64,000 bases of DNA, taken from positions 81,219 to 145,218 of the forward strand of contig CAVOTX010000004.1 of the NCBI GenBank assembly GCA_963699445.1. Reading direction: 5' to 3'. The translations under genes and the position numbers were made by a program. Below the pieces are notes generated by a model. That model ran no database searches, was not told the origin of the DNA, and saw only the letters and a program-made list of their open reading frames with translations. Shown here piece by piece: positions 33,470-43,119 of the stretch (positions are counted from its first letter, which is position 1; every line of letters starts with the position of its first letter). The stretch comes from an uncultured Planctomycetia bacterium. Its GTDB lineage: Bacteria; Planctomycetota; Planctomycetia; Pirellulales; PALSA-1355.

Positions 33470-34456
33470 TCAGTTCGCGGCGACCGGATTTTCGCGCCGC
33501 AAGACGGCGGTTCCGCGCACGTCGCGATCGAGTCGGGCGGTTTCGCCGGCGGGCAATTCGTGCCAGACGACGGTGCGGCCGGCGGCCGACTTGACGAACA
33601 CGTGCGCGCTGGCCTGGCCGATCGTTTCCAACCGGTTGCCTTGCAGCACCAGAGCGGTGCGTTCCTCGACGGCCAAACCGAGCATGTTCACTCCCGCGCC
33701 GCTGCGGCCGGCGAGATTGTCGATCTGGGCCGAATCGCCGAGCAATCCGGTGAAGCGTTCAAGACGTCCCCCTTTGCCGTCGAAATGCTGCTCAACGATG
33801 GCGCCGTTGAACAATCCCAGGCCGTGCGCGGCCACCGCCTTGGCCGGAGCTTGATCGAACTTGCGATCCTGATACATCGTCATGATTTCGGGCAGGGCCG
33901 CCATGCCGGCGGAGGTGCCGCCCACGACGCCGCCGCGCACGACGACCTCGCGCAGCGCCACCTGGAACCGCGTCTGCTGTGGAAACTCGCCGACGAAGCG
34001 GTAATTCAGCCGCGGTTGCAGTCCGCCGCAAAACCAGACTCCCGTCGCGGTCTCCAGCGGTCGCACGAACGCGGCAGCGTCGGCGTCCAGCGGATCGTCG
34101 GTGTAGAGAAAGTCGAAGCTGCGAATGTGACCGCTCGAGGCCAGACGCACCCAACCGCTGAATCGCTCGTGCATCACGCGCAAGAACTGCTGCTCGCTCT
34201 CGTAATCGCTGTGACGATAACCGGCCGAAGGAACGAGAATGATGCGGGCCTCTTTCCCACCGGCCAATTCGATGAACCGCTCGAAGACCTCGTCGGAAAG
34301 TTCGCCACCGCCATGCAGCACGATGGCGCCCGGGCGGCCTTTTTCCGCGGGAGCAGGCAGACCGAACGGATTGTCGTCCGCCTGCGCCGGCGCAAGCAGG
34401 CGCACGGCCAAAACCATCAGCAGGCAGACCCGCCGAATGAAAGCCCGCATCGTCAC
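33470..34456 (-). CDS. Peptidase S51 / cyanophycinase-like protein, secreted
   Basis: Intact 328-aa ORF. Signal peptide MRAFIRRVCLLMVLAVRLLAPAQA. Motifs GAIVLHGGG, ILVPSAG and VVGGTSAGMAAL (nucleophile-elbow type). Confidence 0.7.
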   Translation of the reverse strand: MTMRAFIRRVCLLMVLAVRLLAPAQADDNPFGLPAPAEKGRPGAIVLHGGGELSDEVFERFIELAGGKEARIILVPSAGYRHSDYESEQQFLRVMHERFSGWVRLASSGHIRSFDFLYTDDPLDADAAAFVRPLETATGVWFCGGLQPRLNYRFVGEFPQQTRFQVALREVVVRGGVVGGTSAGMAALPEIMTMYQDRKFDQAPAKAVAAHGLGLFNGAIVEQHFDGKGGRLERFTGLLGDSAQIDNLAGRSGAGVNMLGLAVEERTALVLQGNRLETIGQASAHVFVKSAAGRTVVWHELPAGETARLDRDVRGTAVLRRENPVAAN

Positions 34457-34597
34457 TGCCCTCCTTTTCCCCGACTCAGAAACCAGTAGGGTGTCTTGTA
34501 GCTCAAGTCGGCGTCCGAGAACAACATCAGTTAGGCCGGTGTCGCCCGGCCCCCAGAAGGGGCAGCGGGAAATTATCCCCTAATTCGAGGGCTTTCC

Positions 34598-34627
34598 TTG
34601 CCATACCGCCCAGGGACTGGTTACAAT
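34598..34627 (+). promoter_or_regulatory. Sigma70-like promoter candidate: TTGCCA, 18-nt spacer, TACAAT
   Basis: TTGCCA at 34598-34603 and TACAAT at 34622-34627, about 75 nt upstream of the lipoprotein/DUF1559 gene string. Confidence 0.3.
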
Positions 34628-34670
34628 CGCCCTAATGCGATTATGAGCTGGTCGCAGTGCAATTCCAAAC

Positions 34671-34686
34671 GACTCCGATCGGAGTC
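34671..34686. promoter_or_regulatory. Perfect 16-bp palindrome GACTCCGATCGGAGTC
   Basis: The sequence is its own reverse complement. It ends 15 nt before the ATG at 34702, so it could be an operator or a 5-prime UTR hairpin. Confidence 0.3.
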
Positions 34687-34701
34687 CAAAAAAATCGTTC
34701 G

Positions 34702-35138
34702 ATGCAAAAAATTGCCCTGTGCCTGGCAGGATCGATGCTATTGCCGTTGTGGGGGTGCAAACAAAGCACTCCGGCAGTGGAAAAGGGGCTGGATCCCAGC
34801 CAAGAGCGGCTCTTGTTGGTCGGCCAGACGTACCGCCAGTTCAATCGCAACCAGCACCGCCCCCCCGATCGGCCGCGGATCTGCTGCCTTTGTTGCAACA
34901 GCGCGGCGCCGACGAAGAAACGCTCCGCTCGACCCGCGACGGGCTGCTTTTCACGGTGTTGTGGGGTTTGGATGTCACGTTGCCGCCGGCCGGCAAAGGG
35001 CGGCCGGTGCTGGCCTACGAACAACGCGGGCTCTCGGGTAGCCGTTTTGTGCTGTCGACGATGGGCAACGTGGAACTTCTAGCGGACGAACCCTTACGCG
35101 AGTCTTACTTTGCACCCGGTTTTCAGCCGCCCAACTAG
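34702..35138 (+). CDS. Small lipoprotein upstream of the DUF1559 genes
   Basis: [19 protein letters not shown] carries a lipobox. One frame break at the C7 run near ~34865. The C-terminal part reads [29 protein letters not shown]. Confidence 0.55.
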
Positions 35139-35146
35139 CTGAATTC

Positions 35147-36220
35147 TTGGAAAGAAAAAACATGTGTCGTGAAAGCCAGGCCGCGCGGCGGAGCGTTGTT
35201 CGACAAGCTCGCCGCCGTAGCGCGGGAGAGCATGCCAGGCCTGCACTTCCCGGCCGGATGCAGGGCAACGCGCACTGCACTCAAGCGGCCGGCGGTTTTA
35301 CGCTCGTCGAATTGCTGGTGGTGATGGCGATCGTGGGCTTGTTGATCGCGCTGCTGCTGCCCGCCGTTCAGGCCGCACGCGAGGCGGCCCGGCGGGCCGA
35401 ATGCACCAACCATCTCAAGCAAATCGGTCTGGCCTGTCAAAACCATCATCAGGCCTTGGGAGCATTCCCAACGGGTGGCCGCTACTATGGCGCGGCCCGC
35501 ACTTGGGTCGGCAGTAATCCGGCGAAATACCTTACGCAAGACTGGTCGTGGGGCTATCAGATCCTGCCGTTCATGGAACAAACCGTGGTTTATTTAATCC
35601 CCGACGATAACACCGCGGCCGCCACACCCACGGAAGGCTACTTCTGCCCGACCCGCCGCCCGCCGACGGTTTTGGCAGGCGGCTATTGGGCCTCCACCAG
35701 CTTGCCCCGCGCCGAGGCCGACTACGCCGGCAATGCCGGCAGTTCGAGCCTGAATGGCGATGGTGGGGGCGTGTACGGCGAGGGCTATGATGGCGTGATC
35801 GTGGAGCAAGCGGTCGGAATCATCCGTTTCAAAGATATTCAGGACGGCACGAGCCATACCTTCCTGATCGGCGAAAAACGGATGAATGCCACCTATTGCA
35901 CCACCGATCAGCAACCCGACGACAACGACGGCTACGTCGGCGGTTTCCAGGACGACGTGGTCCGCTTCGGCGCTGCCACCAGCGCCTACGGGCCGATCGT
36001 TCCCAACCCTGATTTCCAAAACGCTCCGCAATACACCTGGGGCGCCCCGATGCCGATCCAGCCGCCGATTTACGAATTCGGCTCGTCGCATCCGGGCATG
36101 GCCCAATTCGTGTTGTGCGACGGCTCGGTGCAAACGATCGCCTTTACGATCGACCCGCTCAGTTTCCAGTATTGGTGCGTGCGGAACGACGGATTCTCGC
36201 TACAATTACCGACGGAGTGA
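35147..36220 (+). CDS. DUF1559 protein with a prepilin-type N-terminal methylation motif
   Basis: Intact [50 protein letters not shown] near the N-terminus and [17 protein letters not shown] near the C-terminus. The real start is probably the ATG at 35258. Confidence 0.85.
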   Translation: MERKNMCRESQAARRSVVRQARRRSAGEHARPALPGRMQGNAHCTQAAGGFTLVELLVVMAIVGLLIALLLPAVQAAREAARRAECTNHLKQIGLACQNHHQALGAFPTGGRYYGAARTWVGSNPAKYLTQDWSWGYQILPFMEQTVVYLIPDDNTAAATPTEGYFCPTRRPPTVLAGGYWASTSLPRAEADYAGNAGSSSLNGDGGGVYGEGYDGVIVEQAVGIIRFKDIQDGTSHTFLIGEKRMNATYCTTDQQPDDNDGYVGGFQDDVVRFGAATSAYGPIVPNPDFQNAPQYTWGAPMPIQPPIYEFGSSHPGMAQFVLCDGSVQTIAFTIDPLSFQYWCVRNDGFSLQLPTE

Positions 36221-36301
36221 CGTCCGCTCGGGTGGCCTTGAATCGGCCGCCTGCGGGCGACCTGCACTGGCTGCTCCGCCGAACGCCGGAAACCCCCGCC
36301 C

Positions 36302-37271
36302 ATGCGCCGCCGACCCCCGCGTGGTTTTACGCTCGTCGAACTCTTGGTCGTGATCGCGATCATCGGCATCCTGGTCGCCCTGCTGCTGCCGGCGGTCCAG
36401 GCCGCCCGCGAGTCGGCGCGAATGACCGTCTGTTCGAACAACCTGAAACAGATGGGCGTGGCGTTCAACCAGCACATGACCGCTCAAGGCTTTTTCCCGA
36501 CCTGCGGCTGGGGCTACGGCTGGACCGGCGATGCGGACCGCGGCTACAACGTCGGTCAGCCGGGCGGTTGGCCTTACGCCATTTTGTCCTTCCTCGAGCA
36601 AGATAGTTTGCGGCAACTCGGGGCCGGACAGTCGACGAGCCAGAAGATGATCACGGCCGCGCAGCTCGATGGCGGTGTCGTCGCCACGTTCATCTGTCCG
36701 TCGCGCCGCAGGGTCATGGGTTATCCCGTGGTGGAAATCCCGGGCCAGAATGCCTCGGCTGGAACGCAAATGGCCAAGACCGATTACGCCGGCAACGCCG
36801 GCACCAACGTCACCACGTTCTACGGACCCGACACGCTGGCGACCGGCGATACGCCGTCGTGGTGGGTGGCCAATGCGCCCTGGATCACGACCGAAAACGG
36901 CATCACGTACCTCCGCAGCACGGTCCCGCCGGCCCTGGTGACCGACGGATTGAGCAACACGTTCGCCGTGGGCGAGAAGTATCTGGACCCGGACTTGTAT
37001 TACACGGGCACCTGCGGCGCGGACAACGACACGCTCTACGAAGGGCACGACTGGGACATCTTGCGCTGGGCGTTCCAACAGGATCCGCCCTTCCAGGACA
37101 CAGCCGGGATCGACAACTGGACCGCCTTCGGCAGCGCGCAATTATGCCGGCGCTTATTTCATGTTCGCCGACGGGTCGGTGCATTTGATCGGCTATAGCA
37201 TCGACGCGACCGTCTACTCGCGCTTGGGTGGCCGCAACGACGGCCTGCCGGTCGATCAGAGCAAGTACTAG
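36302..37271 (+). CDS. DUF1559 protein with a prepilin-type N-terminal methylation motif
   Basis: [54 protein letters not shown]. The C-terminal motif [17 protein letters not shown] is reached after one frame break near ~37140. Confidence 0.85.
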
Positions 37272-37784
37272 CCGCGCGGCGTCGCCGGCCCGCTCTTTTG
37301 CGATCGCCGGCCCGTGGGCCGAGACGCTCCTATCTATCTGTTCCCCGGCAATTTTCGTATTTTGTGTCTTGTGCGACGAATTGCTTGAATTATATTGAGT
37401 TCGTCAGCGGTGTGGATTGCGCTGCCATTGCCGTGATTGAACGGCTGGCGTCGCAATCGACAAGCGTAAGCTGAGGCCCCGGTTCGCGGCGGCGTGTAAA
37501 CGCAGCCAACCGGCGAAGGGGTGTATGGCTAGCCAGGCGCTAGTCGGGTGTTCGCCGAAACTACTGACAATTTTTATTAAACTCGTCATAAATAACTTTA
37601 CATTTTGCCAGGCCGCGGCGAAGCCAAGTTCCGAGCGGCAGCACTGCCGGCTGTTTGCAACCGAATCGGCCCGGCTCTGATCCGAATCAATGGCGGGCGG
37701 CCGCAATGGCCGCCCGCAAGAGTCGATTTCAAAGCATCAACCTTTGTCCATGACCAAGTTTTTCATTCAGCGCGGAGCAAAACC

Positions 37785-38456
37785 ATGCAAACGTCCAAGC
37801 TCTTCTGCCTTGTCGCCGTCATTACGCTGACCATCACGCTATCCGCGTCGGCCGCAAATATCGCTTGGAACGCCCCAGTCGCAATCACGACCAACGGGTC
37901 GGCGAGCGATGTGGTCAATTGGGGGAAAACGGTTGAAGCACAGTACGCATCTGGCAACGGTGCGGGTGCCCAAACCGTGCATGGCGTGACGTTCCAGGAG
38001 AATTTCTCGAGCTACACCGGTTCCGGGCCGACGGTTCAAGCCTTGCAAGGGTTTACCACCGGCAATGCGTCCTACGACACCGTCTTGAACGGGTTTTATT
38101 ATGACAACAACAACCCCAACACGCTCACCGTTACCGGCCTGACCGTCGGCACGAAGTACGAAATTCAACTCTGGGGCCTCGATAACCGCACTCCTGAGAA
38201 CGCCCGAACCGAGAGCTTCACGGGTGGCGCGAACACATCGACAACGTTCGCCCTCGGTTCCGACGTTTCGGTGACCGGAACGTTCGTCGCCAGTGCAGCA
38301 ACTCAGGTGGTTTTCGTGAACGGCGTCGGTCAATCGGAGAACAACCTGAATGCATTCGCTGTGACCACGGCTCCCGAGCCTTCCTCGCTGGTCCTCTGCG
38401 GCCTGGGTGCTGCCGGCCTGCTGATGGCCGCCCGCCGTCGCCGCCGCAAAGCCTAG
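37785..38456 (+). CDS. PEP-CTERM sorting-domain secreted protein
   Basis: Intact ORF. Signal peptide MQTSKLFCLVAVITLTITLSASA. C-terminus APEPSSLVLCGLGAAGLLMAARRRRRKA, which is PEP, a TM helix and a basic tail. Confidence 0.8.
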   Translation: MQTSKLFCLVAVITLTITLSASAANIAWNAPVAITTNGSASDVVNWGKTVEAQYASGNGAGAQTVHGVTFQENFSSYTGSGPTVQALQGFTTGNASYDTVLNGFYYDNNNPNTLTVTGLTVGTKYEIQLWGLDNRTPENARTESFTGGANTSTTFALGSDVSVTGTFVASAATQVVFVNGVGQSENNLNAFAVTTAPEPSSLVLCGLGAAGLLMAARRRRRKA

Positions 38457-38483
38457 TTTCCGCAGGCGGTACAAAACACAAAA

Positions 38484-38520
38484 CCGCTCGGGCACCGCGC
38501 GCCCGGGCCGTTTTTGTTTG
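38484..38520 (+). terminator. Intrinsic terminator candidate after the PEP-CTERM gene
   Basis: Stem 38484-38493 / 38501-38510 (one mismatch, one G-U pair) followed by TTTTTGTTTG. Confidence 0.5.
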
Positions 38521-38601
38521 CGCTGAACCGGATGTCCAACGAGCACTCTGCCGGCATGCAACCCGCGCCGGGTCAATCGCAAAACGCGATCTCGTTGGCC
38601 G

Positions 38602-39018
38602 TCAGCCAATCGATGGCGATCGCGCACGGCGCAGTTCGTCGCGAAATTGATACCAGTCTTTGTCGATTCCGCGGATCTTGACCCGATCCTTGAAGCGACG
38701 GAAGGCGCCGCGGCCGCGAATCGCGTCCTCCAACTCATCGCGCAGCTCTCCCTGGGGGAGCGCGAAGCAGAATCCTTCCATGATCCGGTATTCGTCGAAG
38801 TCGAACTTGGACGGCAAGGCCAGCCAGTCGTCCGAGTTCAGCGCCTCGCGAATCTTGGGTAGCGGTTCGCTGTCGTCGTCGTCGTCTTCGGCTGCCGCGA
38901 TTTCCTCGTCGCTCATCGAGAGGAATTCGCCCGTGCGGCGGTTCAGGCAAACCGAGACTTCGTCGATGAACACATCCATTTCGTCGATAAACTTGCGCAG
39001 CGAGACGACGATGCTCAT
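38602..39018 (-). CDS. UPF0158-family protein
   Basis: Intact 138-aa ORF with an acidic linker DDDDDSEPLP, then DEYRIMEGF and the signature RGRGAFRRFKD...DWYQFRDE. Confidence 0.6.
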   Translation of the reverse strand: MSIVVSLRKFIDEMDVFIDEVSVCLNRRTGEFLSMSDEEIAAAEDDDDDSEPLPKIREALNSDDWLALPSKFDFDEYRIMEGFCFALPQGELRDELEDAIRGRGAFRRFKDRVKIRGIDKDWYQFRDELRRARSPSIG

Positions 39019-39194
39019 CGTGCTAACCTTCAGGACTCATGGATGATCGTTCGACAGTGCGGGATCGTGCGCCGCAGGAAAAAGGACCCGCCTCGAATAC
39101 GCCCGCAGCATTCAGGATATCGCAGCCTTCATGATATCATTGCAAGTTTGTTTCCTGCACTGCGGCGCTGGGCCGGAACCGTCAGGCCTGATCC

Positions 39195-39989
39195 ATGACA
39201 AGCACTGCAATGACGCGACCCATCGCCTACGCCGACGACCTGGCTTACATCCATGACTCGGGCTTCGGCGACTTTGCCGCACGTTCGGCGACCGGCTTGC
39301 TGGCCCTGCTGGCCGATTGCCGGATTGCGTCGGGCCGGGTCGTCGACTTGGGCTGCGGCAGCGGAATCTGGGCGAGAAAGCTCGTCGACGCCGGCTACGC
39401 GGTTGTCGGCGTCGACATTTCACCGGCCATGGTCGAGATCGCCCGCGGGCGAGTTCCCGAGGCGGAATTTCACGTCGCGTCGCTATTCGCTTTTCCGCTG
39501 CCGGCGTGTGCGGCGGTCACCGCGCTGGGCGAAGTGTTCAACTACTTGTTCGACGAGAACAACTCGCTGGCGGGGCTGCGCGGCGTTTGCCAGGGGGTGT
39601 TCGAGGCCCTGGCCGCCGGCGGGCTGCTCGTTTTCGATATCGCTGAGCCGGGCCGTTCGAGCGGCCGCAGGCAATCGTTCCGCGAAGCGGCCGATTGGAC
39701 GTGTTTGGTCGAGTACGAGCACGATGCAGTGCGCGAGCGGCTCACCCGCCGCATCGTGACGTTCCGCAAGATCGGCGACACCTTCCGGCGTCACGAGGAA
39801 ATTCACGTTCAGCAGCTTTACCAGGCAGCCGCCGTCGCCGCGATGTTGACGGACGTCGGATTCCAGGTGGATTGTGTCCGCAGCTATGGGGACTATGCCC
39901 TGGCCGAAAGCACCGTCGGGCTCGTCGCCCATAAGCCGCCGTCTGCAGACAGCCACGTGAAGCGTTTCGCTTTGGACCCGAAAACTTGA
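39195..39989 (+). CDS. Class I SAM-dependent methyltransferase
   Basis: Intact ORF. Motif I is VVDLGCGSGIWARKL, followed by VVGVDISPAMVEIAR and GGLLVFD. Confidence 0.8.
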   Translation: MTSTAMTRPIAYADDLAYIHDSGFGDFAARSATGLLALLADCRIASGRVVDLGCGSGIWARKLVDAGYAVVGVDISPAMVEIARGRVPEAEFHVASLFAFPLPACAAVTALGEVFNYLFDENNSLAGLRGVCQGVFEALAAGGLLVFDIAEPGRSSGRRQSFREAADWTCLVEYEHDAVRERLTRRIVTFRKIGDTFRRHEEIHVQQLYQAAAVAAMLTDVGFQVDCVRSYGDYALAESTVGLVAHKPPSADSHVKRFALDPKT

Positions 39990-40774
39990 GTTGGCATCCG
40001 ATGGTCTTAGCAGAGGATTTTCGCCGGCTGCTCCGGCACACCGGTTGGGCAATGGCGGTCTGCCTGGCGGCGGTGGTCTGCTGTTATTATTGGGTCGATC
40101 GGCCGGTGGCATTTTACGTTCACCGGCATGCGCTCGACCAGATCGGCTTGTTCCGGTGGCTCACGTATCCGCCGGCGACCGTGCAGGCCTGGTCGCCGCT
40201 GATCCTGACGCTGCTCATGGTGCGTCGCGCCTGGGGGCCGCTGCGGCCCTGTCAGCAAGTGCTGCTCGTGGCGCTCCTGAGCCTGATCGTGGCGCATGCC
40301 TTTCGCACGTCGCTCGGCGGCTTGTGTGGGCGCTATTGGCCGGAAACCTGGTTCCACGTGAATCCGGCCCTCGCCCAGCGGCCCGGTGGTCCCGCGCTCG
40401 TTGCCGGAGCGTACCTTAACAATCCGTCGCTGATCGGCAACGGCCAGTACGGATTTCATCCGTTTCCGTCAGGCGACAATGTCGGCAGTTTTCCCTCCGG
40501 CCACGCCACGCGAATCTTGGGCTTTGCCACGGTTTGGTGGCTGGCCCTGCCCCGCAGCCGGGCGGTATTGCTTTTGGCTTGCCCACCGATGCTGTTCAGC
40601 CTGGTGGCCATGAACTATCACTTCGTCGGCGACGTGGTCGCCGGCAGCGTTCTGGGAGCCATCGTGGGCGTGTATGCCGTGTGTCTGGCGGATCTGCGAA
40701 CCGGTGGGCGAATTGCGCCCGGGGTTAGCGGATGGCAATCGCCCGGGCGAGCGGCTGCAGGACCTGGTCGATGA
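39986..40774 (+). CDS. PAP2-family phosphatase, integral membrane
   Basis: Intact ORF whose start overlaps the upstream stop. Multi-TM. Motifs SFPSGHATR and NYHFVGDVVAG. Confidence 0.7.
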   Translation: MSWHPMVLAEDFRRLLRHTGWAMAVCLAAVVCCYYWVDRPVAFYVHRHALDQIGLFRWLTYPPATVQAWSPLILTLLMVRRAWGPLRPCQQVLLVALLSLIVAHAFRTSLGGLCGRYWPETWFHVNPALAQRPGGPALVAGAYLNNPSLIGNGQYGFHPFPSGDNVGSFPSGHATRILGFATVWWLALPRSRAVLLLACPPMLFSLVAMNYHFVGDVVAGSVLGAIVGVYAVCLADLRTGGRIAPGVSGWQSPGRAAAGPGR

Positions 40775-41467
40775 CGTAGCGGTCGACCATGTCGTGGCAG
40801 ACCTGAGCCAAGTTTTCGAGCGCCTGGATGTAGGTCATATCCGGCCCAAGGCTGCCGTACTGCCGGGCCGTCAGATAGACGCTCAGTTGGTCTTCGGGAT
40901 AATCGCCCGTGCGGACCTGATAGGCGTTGGTGCGGGTCTCGATGCTCAAACGGCATTGCGTCCGGCACTCTTCGTCCAAGGCCAAAGTGACCGTGGGCTC
41001 GTAGTTGATCACCGTCGCGCCGGGCACATCCAGCATCCGTTCCAGGGCCGGGTTGAGCCCCAGCGCCTCGGCGACGAGCTGGTTGTGGTTGCCGCGGTAG
41101 GTGAAATCGAAGCCGAACAGCAGGTCCAGGGCCTCGCAGTCCAACGGACTGACCGACAGCAGATAGGGGGCTAATTCCAGCACCAGCTTGTGCTGCTCCA
41201 GGGCCTCTTCGACCGACGTCGGGTTGACCTGGCCCGAGCAAACGCGGCGCGATTCGATCGTACACCAGCGGTAATGCCCCTGGTCCTTGTCCTCTTCGAG
41301 CACGAAATCCCCCTTCTCGCGGCAGTAGAAGTTCCGCATCGTGGGGTACTTCTTTTGCATCCGCTCGAAATAGTGCAGGATGGTCTCGCGGTTGGTCGGC
41401 AGCTCCATCTCGGTACTGAGATTCATGTTGACGTAAAAGTCGTCGCTGAATGAGCTGTATTGGTTCA
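40725..41467 (-). CDS. Conserved hypothetical protein
   Basis: Protein-like composition runs from VNQYSSFSDDFYVNMNLSTEMELP (GTG at 41467) to ...QPLARAIAIR. The listed ORF extends further 5-prime but that part is Arg/Pro-rich. Confidence 0.55.
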
Positions 41468-41676
41468 CGCTGGGCCGTCCCTCTCGAATATGCACCGCGT
41501 ATTGCCCCTGCGGATCGCTCGCGCGCGGTCCGTTGATTGCGTCCTGCGAAATCGAGTATAGAATGGCCTGGCGCAGGGTGTCAAAGCGCCACCGCGCATG
41601 GCCTGTGCTGGCCAGGGGGACGGCGCAATTGTCTTGAGCAAGACATGCAGGAGAAATAACTTCCGCATTCCGCCAA

Positions 41677-41712
41677 CCCTCACCCGGCCCCCTGCCCGCA
41701 GGGAGAGGGGTC
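41677..41712. repeat. GC-rich motif CCCTCACCC...GCAGGGAGAGGGGT, related to the element at 10441-10474
   Basis: It shares the CCCTCACCC and AGGGAGAGGGGT words with the 10.4-kb element. It contains a CCCTGC/GCAGGG stem and is intergenic. Confidence 0.4.
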
Positions 41713-41812
41713 GATCGCCGAACTGATTCTACGTTCGTACCCAAGCCAAGGAGCCGGCACATGTCTGTGCGAATTTCCGTCGTAGATCGATTGACCCAGC
41801 AGCGACCGGCCG

Positions 41813-42385
41813 ATGCTCGCCGTCTCGATGGGGGGCGCCGCAAGCCGAAGCTCGCTGGCGGCGTTCGACTCGGAATTGGGCTGGATGGCCCTGGCCTGGC
41901 GCAATCGAGTGCTGGCGCGGCTATCGTTCGGCCATGCGACTCAGATGGCCGCGATCCGTGGCTTGGGACTGCCGGATGCAGATTGCCGGGCGGAGACCTG
42001 GCCCCAGTTGGCCGAGCGGCTGAGGGCGTACGCGGCGGGCGAGCCGGACGATTTTGCCGACATCGCGGTGGATTTCGCCCACCTCACGCCGTTCGAGCGC
42101 CGCGTCATCGAACAATGTCGGCGGATTCCTTTCGGCCAGACTTTGAGTTACGGTCGCCTGGCCGCGCTGGCCGGTTCGCCCGGCGCCGCCCGGGCAGTGG
42201 GCAACGCGATGGCCGGCAATCGGTGCCCGCTGGTGATTCCCTGTCACCGTGTGGTTCATGCCAGCGGCGCGATTGGCCACTATTCGGCCCCGGCCGGCCG
42301 GCGCATGAAGCTGCGGCTGCTCGAACAAGAAGGCGCCTGGCAAGGGGGCAAATTGCGATCGCCCGCGGCCCTGACGGCGCGCTAG
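41813..42385 (+). CDS. ogt: Methylated-DNA--protein-cysteine methyltransferase
   Basis: Intact ORF. FERRVIEQCRRIPFGQTLSYGRLA...AVGNAMAGNRCPLVIPCHRVV contains the PCHR active site. Confidence 0.9.
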   Translation: MLAVSMGGAASRSSLAAFDSELGWMALAWRNRVLARLSFGHATQMAAIRGLGLPDADCRAETWPQLAERLRAYAAGEPDDFADIAVDFAHLTPFERRVIEQCRRIPFGQTLSYGRLAALAGSPGAARAVGNAMAGNRCPLVIPCHRVVHASGAIGHYSAPAGRRMKLRLLEQEGAWQGGKLRSPAALTAR

Positions 42386-42656
42386 TTTGGGCCGCGCCAG
42401 CTTCGTGTCCGCGAATACCAGGTGTCGTTTGCCGGCAGATCCGTCCAAACGAAGCGGCGGGCGCTCTGCTTGCTGGCCGGGAGTTTTCCTTGTTTTCCGC
42501 CTTGCCTGCCGTGCGGCGCCGTGTCGAGCTGGGCGGGGGGAGCGCGAATTTAGCCTAGAATTTGGCTGCCCAGTCCGACAAAATAGAAGCAGGGCCGGCG
42601 GCGGGCCGAATGAACCTGGGCAAGGCCGGCTGAATTTGACGGCGGTGTGGCATCCG

Positions 42657-42857
42657 ATGGGCGTGGGCAGGGCTGTGGTGGATTCGCACTTTTACTTACT
42701 GGAACGGCGACCGGACGGGGCGGTGCTGGTGCGCGTTCGCTCGCGCGCCAACAACGGCCATACGCTGCCGGAGGCCGTGTTTGCCTTCCGCGCCGGCGAT
42801 CCCCAATATCACTATTGGGATCAGCAACTCCGCTCGCGCGAGCACGCGGCGTCCTAG
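42657..42857 (+). CDS. Possible small hypothetical protein (66 aa)
   Basis: ATG-started ORF MGVGRAVVDSHFYLLERRPDGAVLVRVRSRANNGHTLPEAVFAFRAGDPQYHYWDQQL with protein-like composition. There is no other support. Confidence 0.3.
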   Translation: MGVGRAVVDSHFYLLERRPDGAVLVRVRSRANNGHTLPEAVFAFRAGDPQYHYWDQQLRSREHAAS

Positions 42858-43119
42858 TGGGCGGTTGAAAGTCTCGTGGAACGTCCTTCGCGGGCCGTCA
42901 CGAACCGCCCAAGGTTCACCTGGGCAAGATGCCCTGGCCACTTTTTCGACCTCCCCTTCAGGCCCATCCCTGACTCGCCCACGCCGGCGCAGTGGGGCTT
43001 AATACAGTGGGGCGCGATACTTGATTCGTTCGGCCGATCTGCCGACAATGAGCGTCTGACGAGTCCCTTCCCTCTTGGCGTCGGACTTCCCGTCACCACC
43101 TCATTCGATAGGGTTCGAT

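Noticed and set aside
37272-38521. Lower-GC PEP-CTERM region as a mobile or horizontally acquired island
   Set aside because: I could find no integrase, transposase, flanking direct repeats or tRNA target. A composition shift alone is insufficient.
41468-41843. 5-prime extension of ORF 40725..41843
   Set aside because: The extension is Arg/Pro-rich and runs through the GC-rich intergenic element. Protein-like sequence begins at the GTG at 41467.
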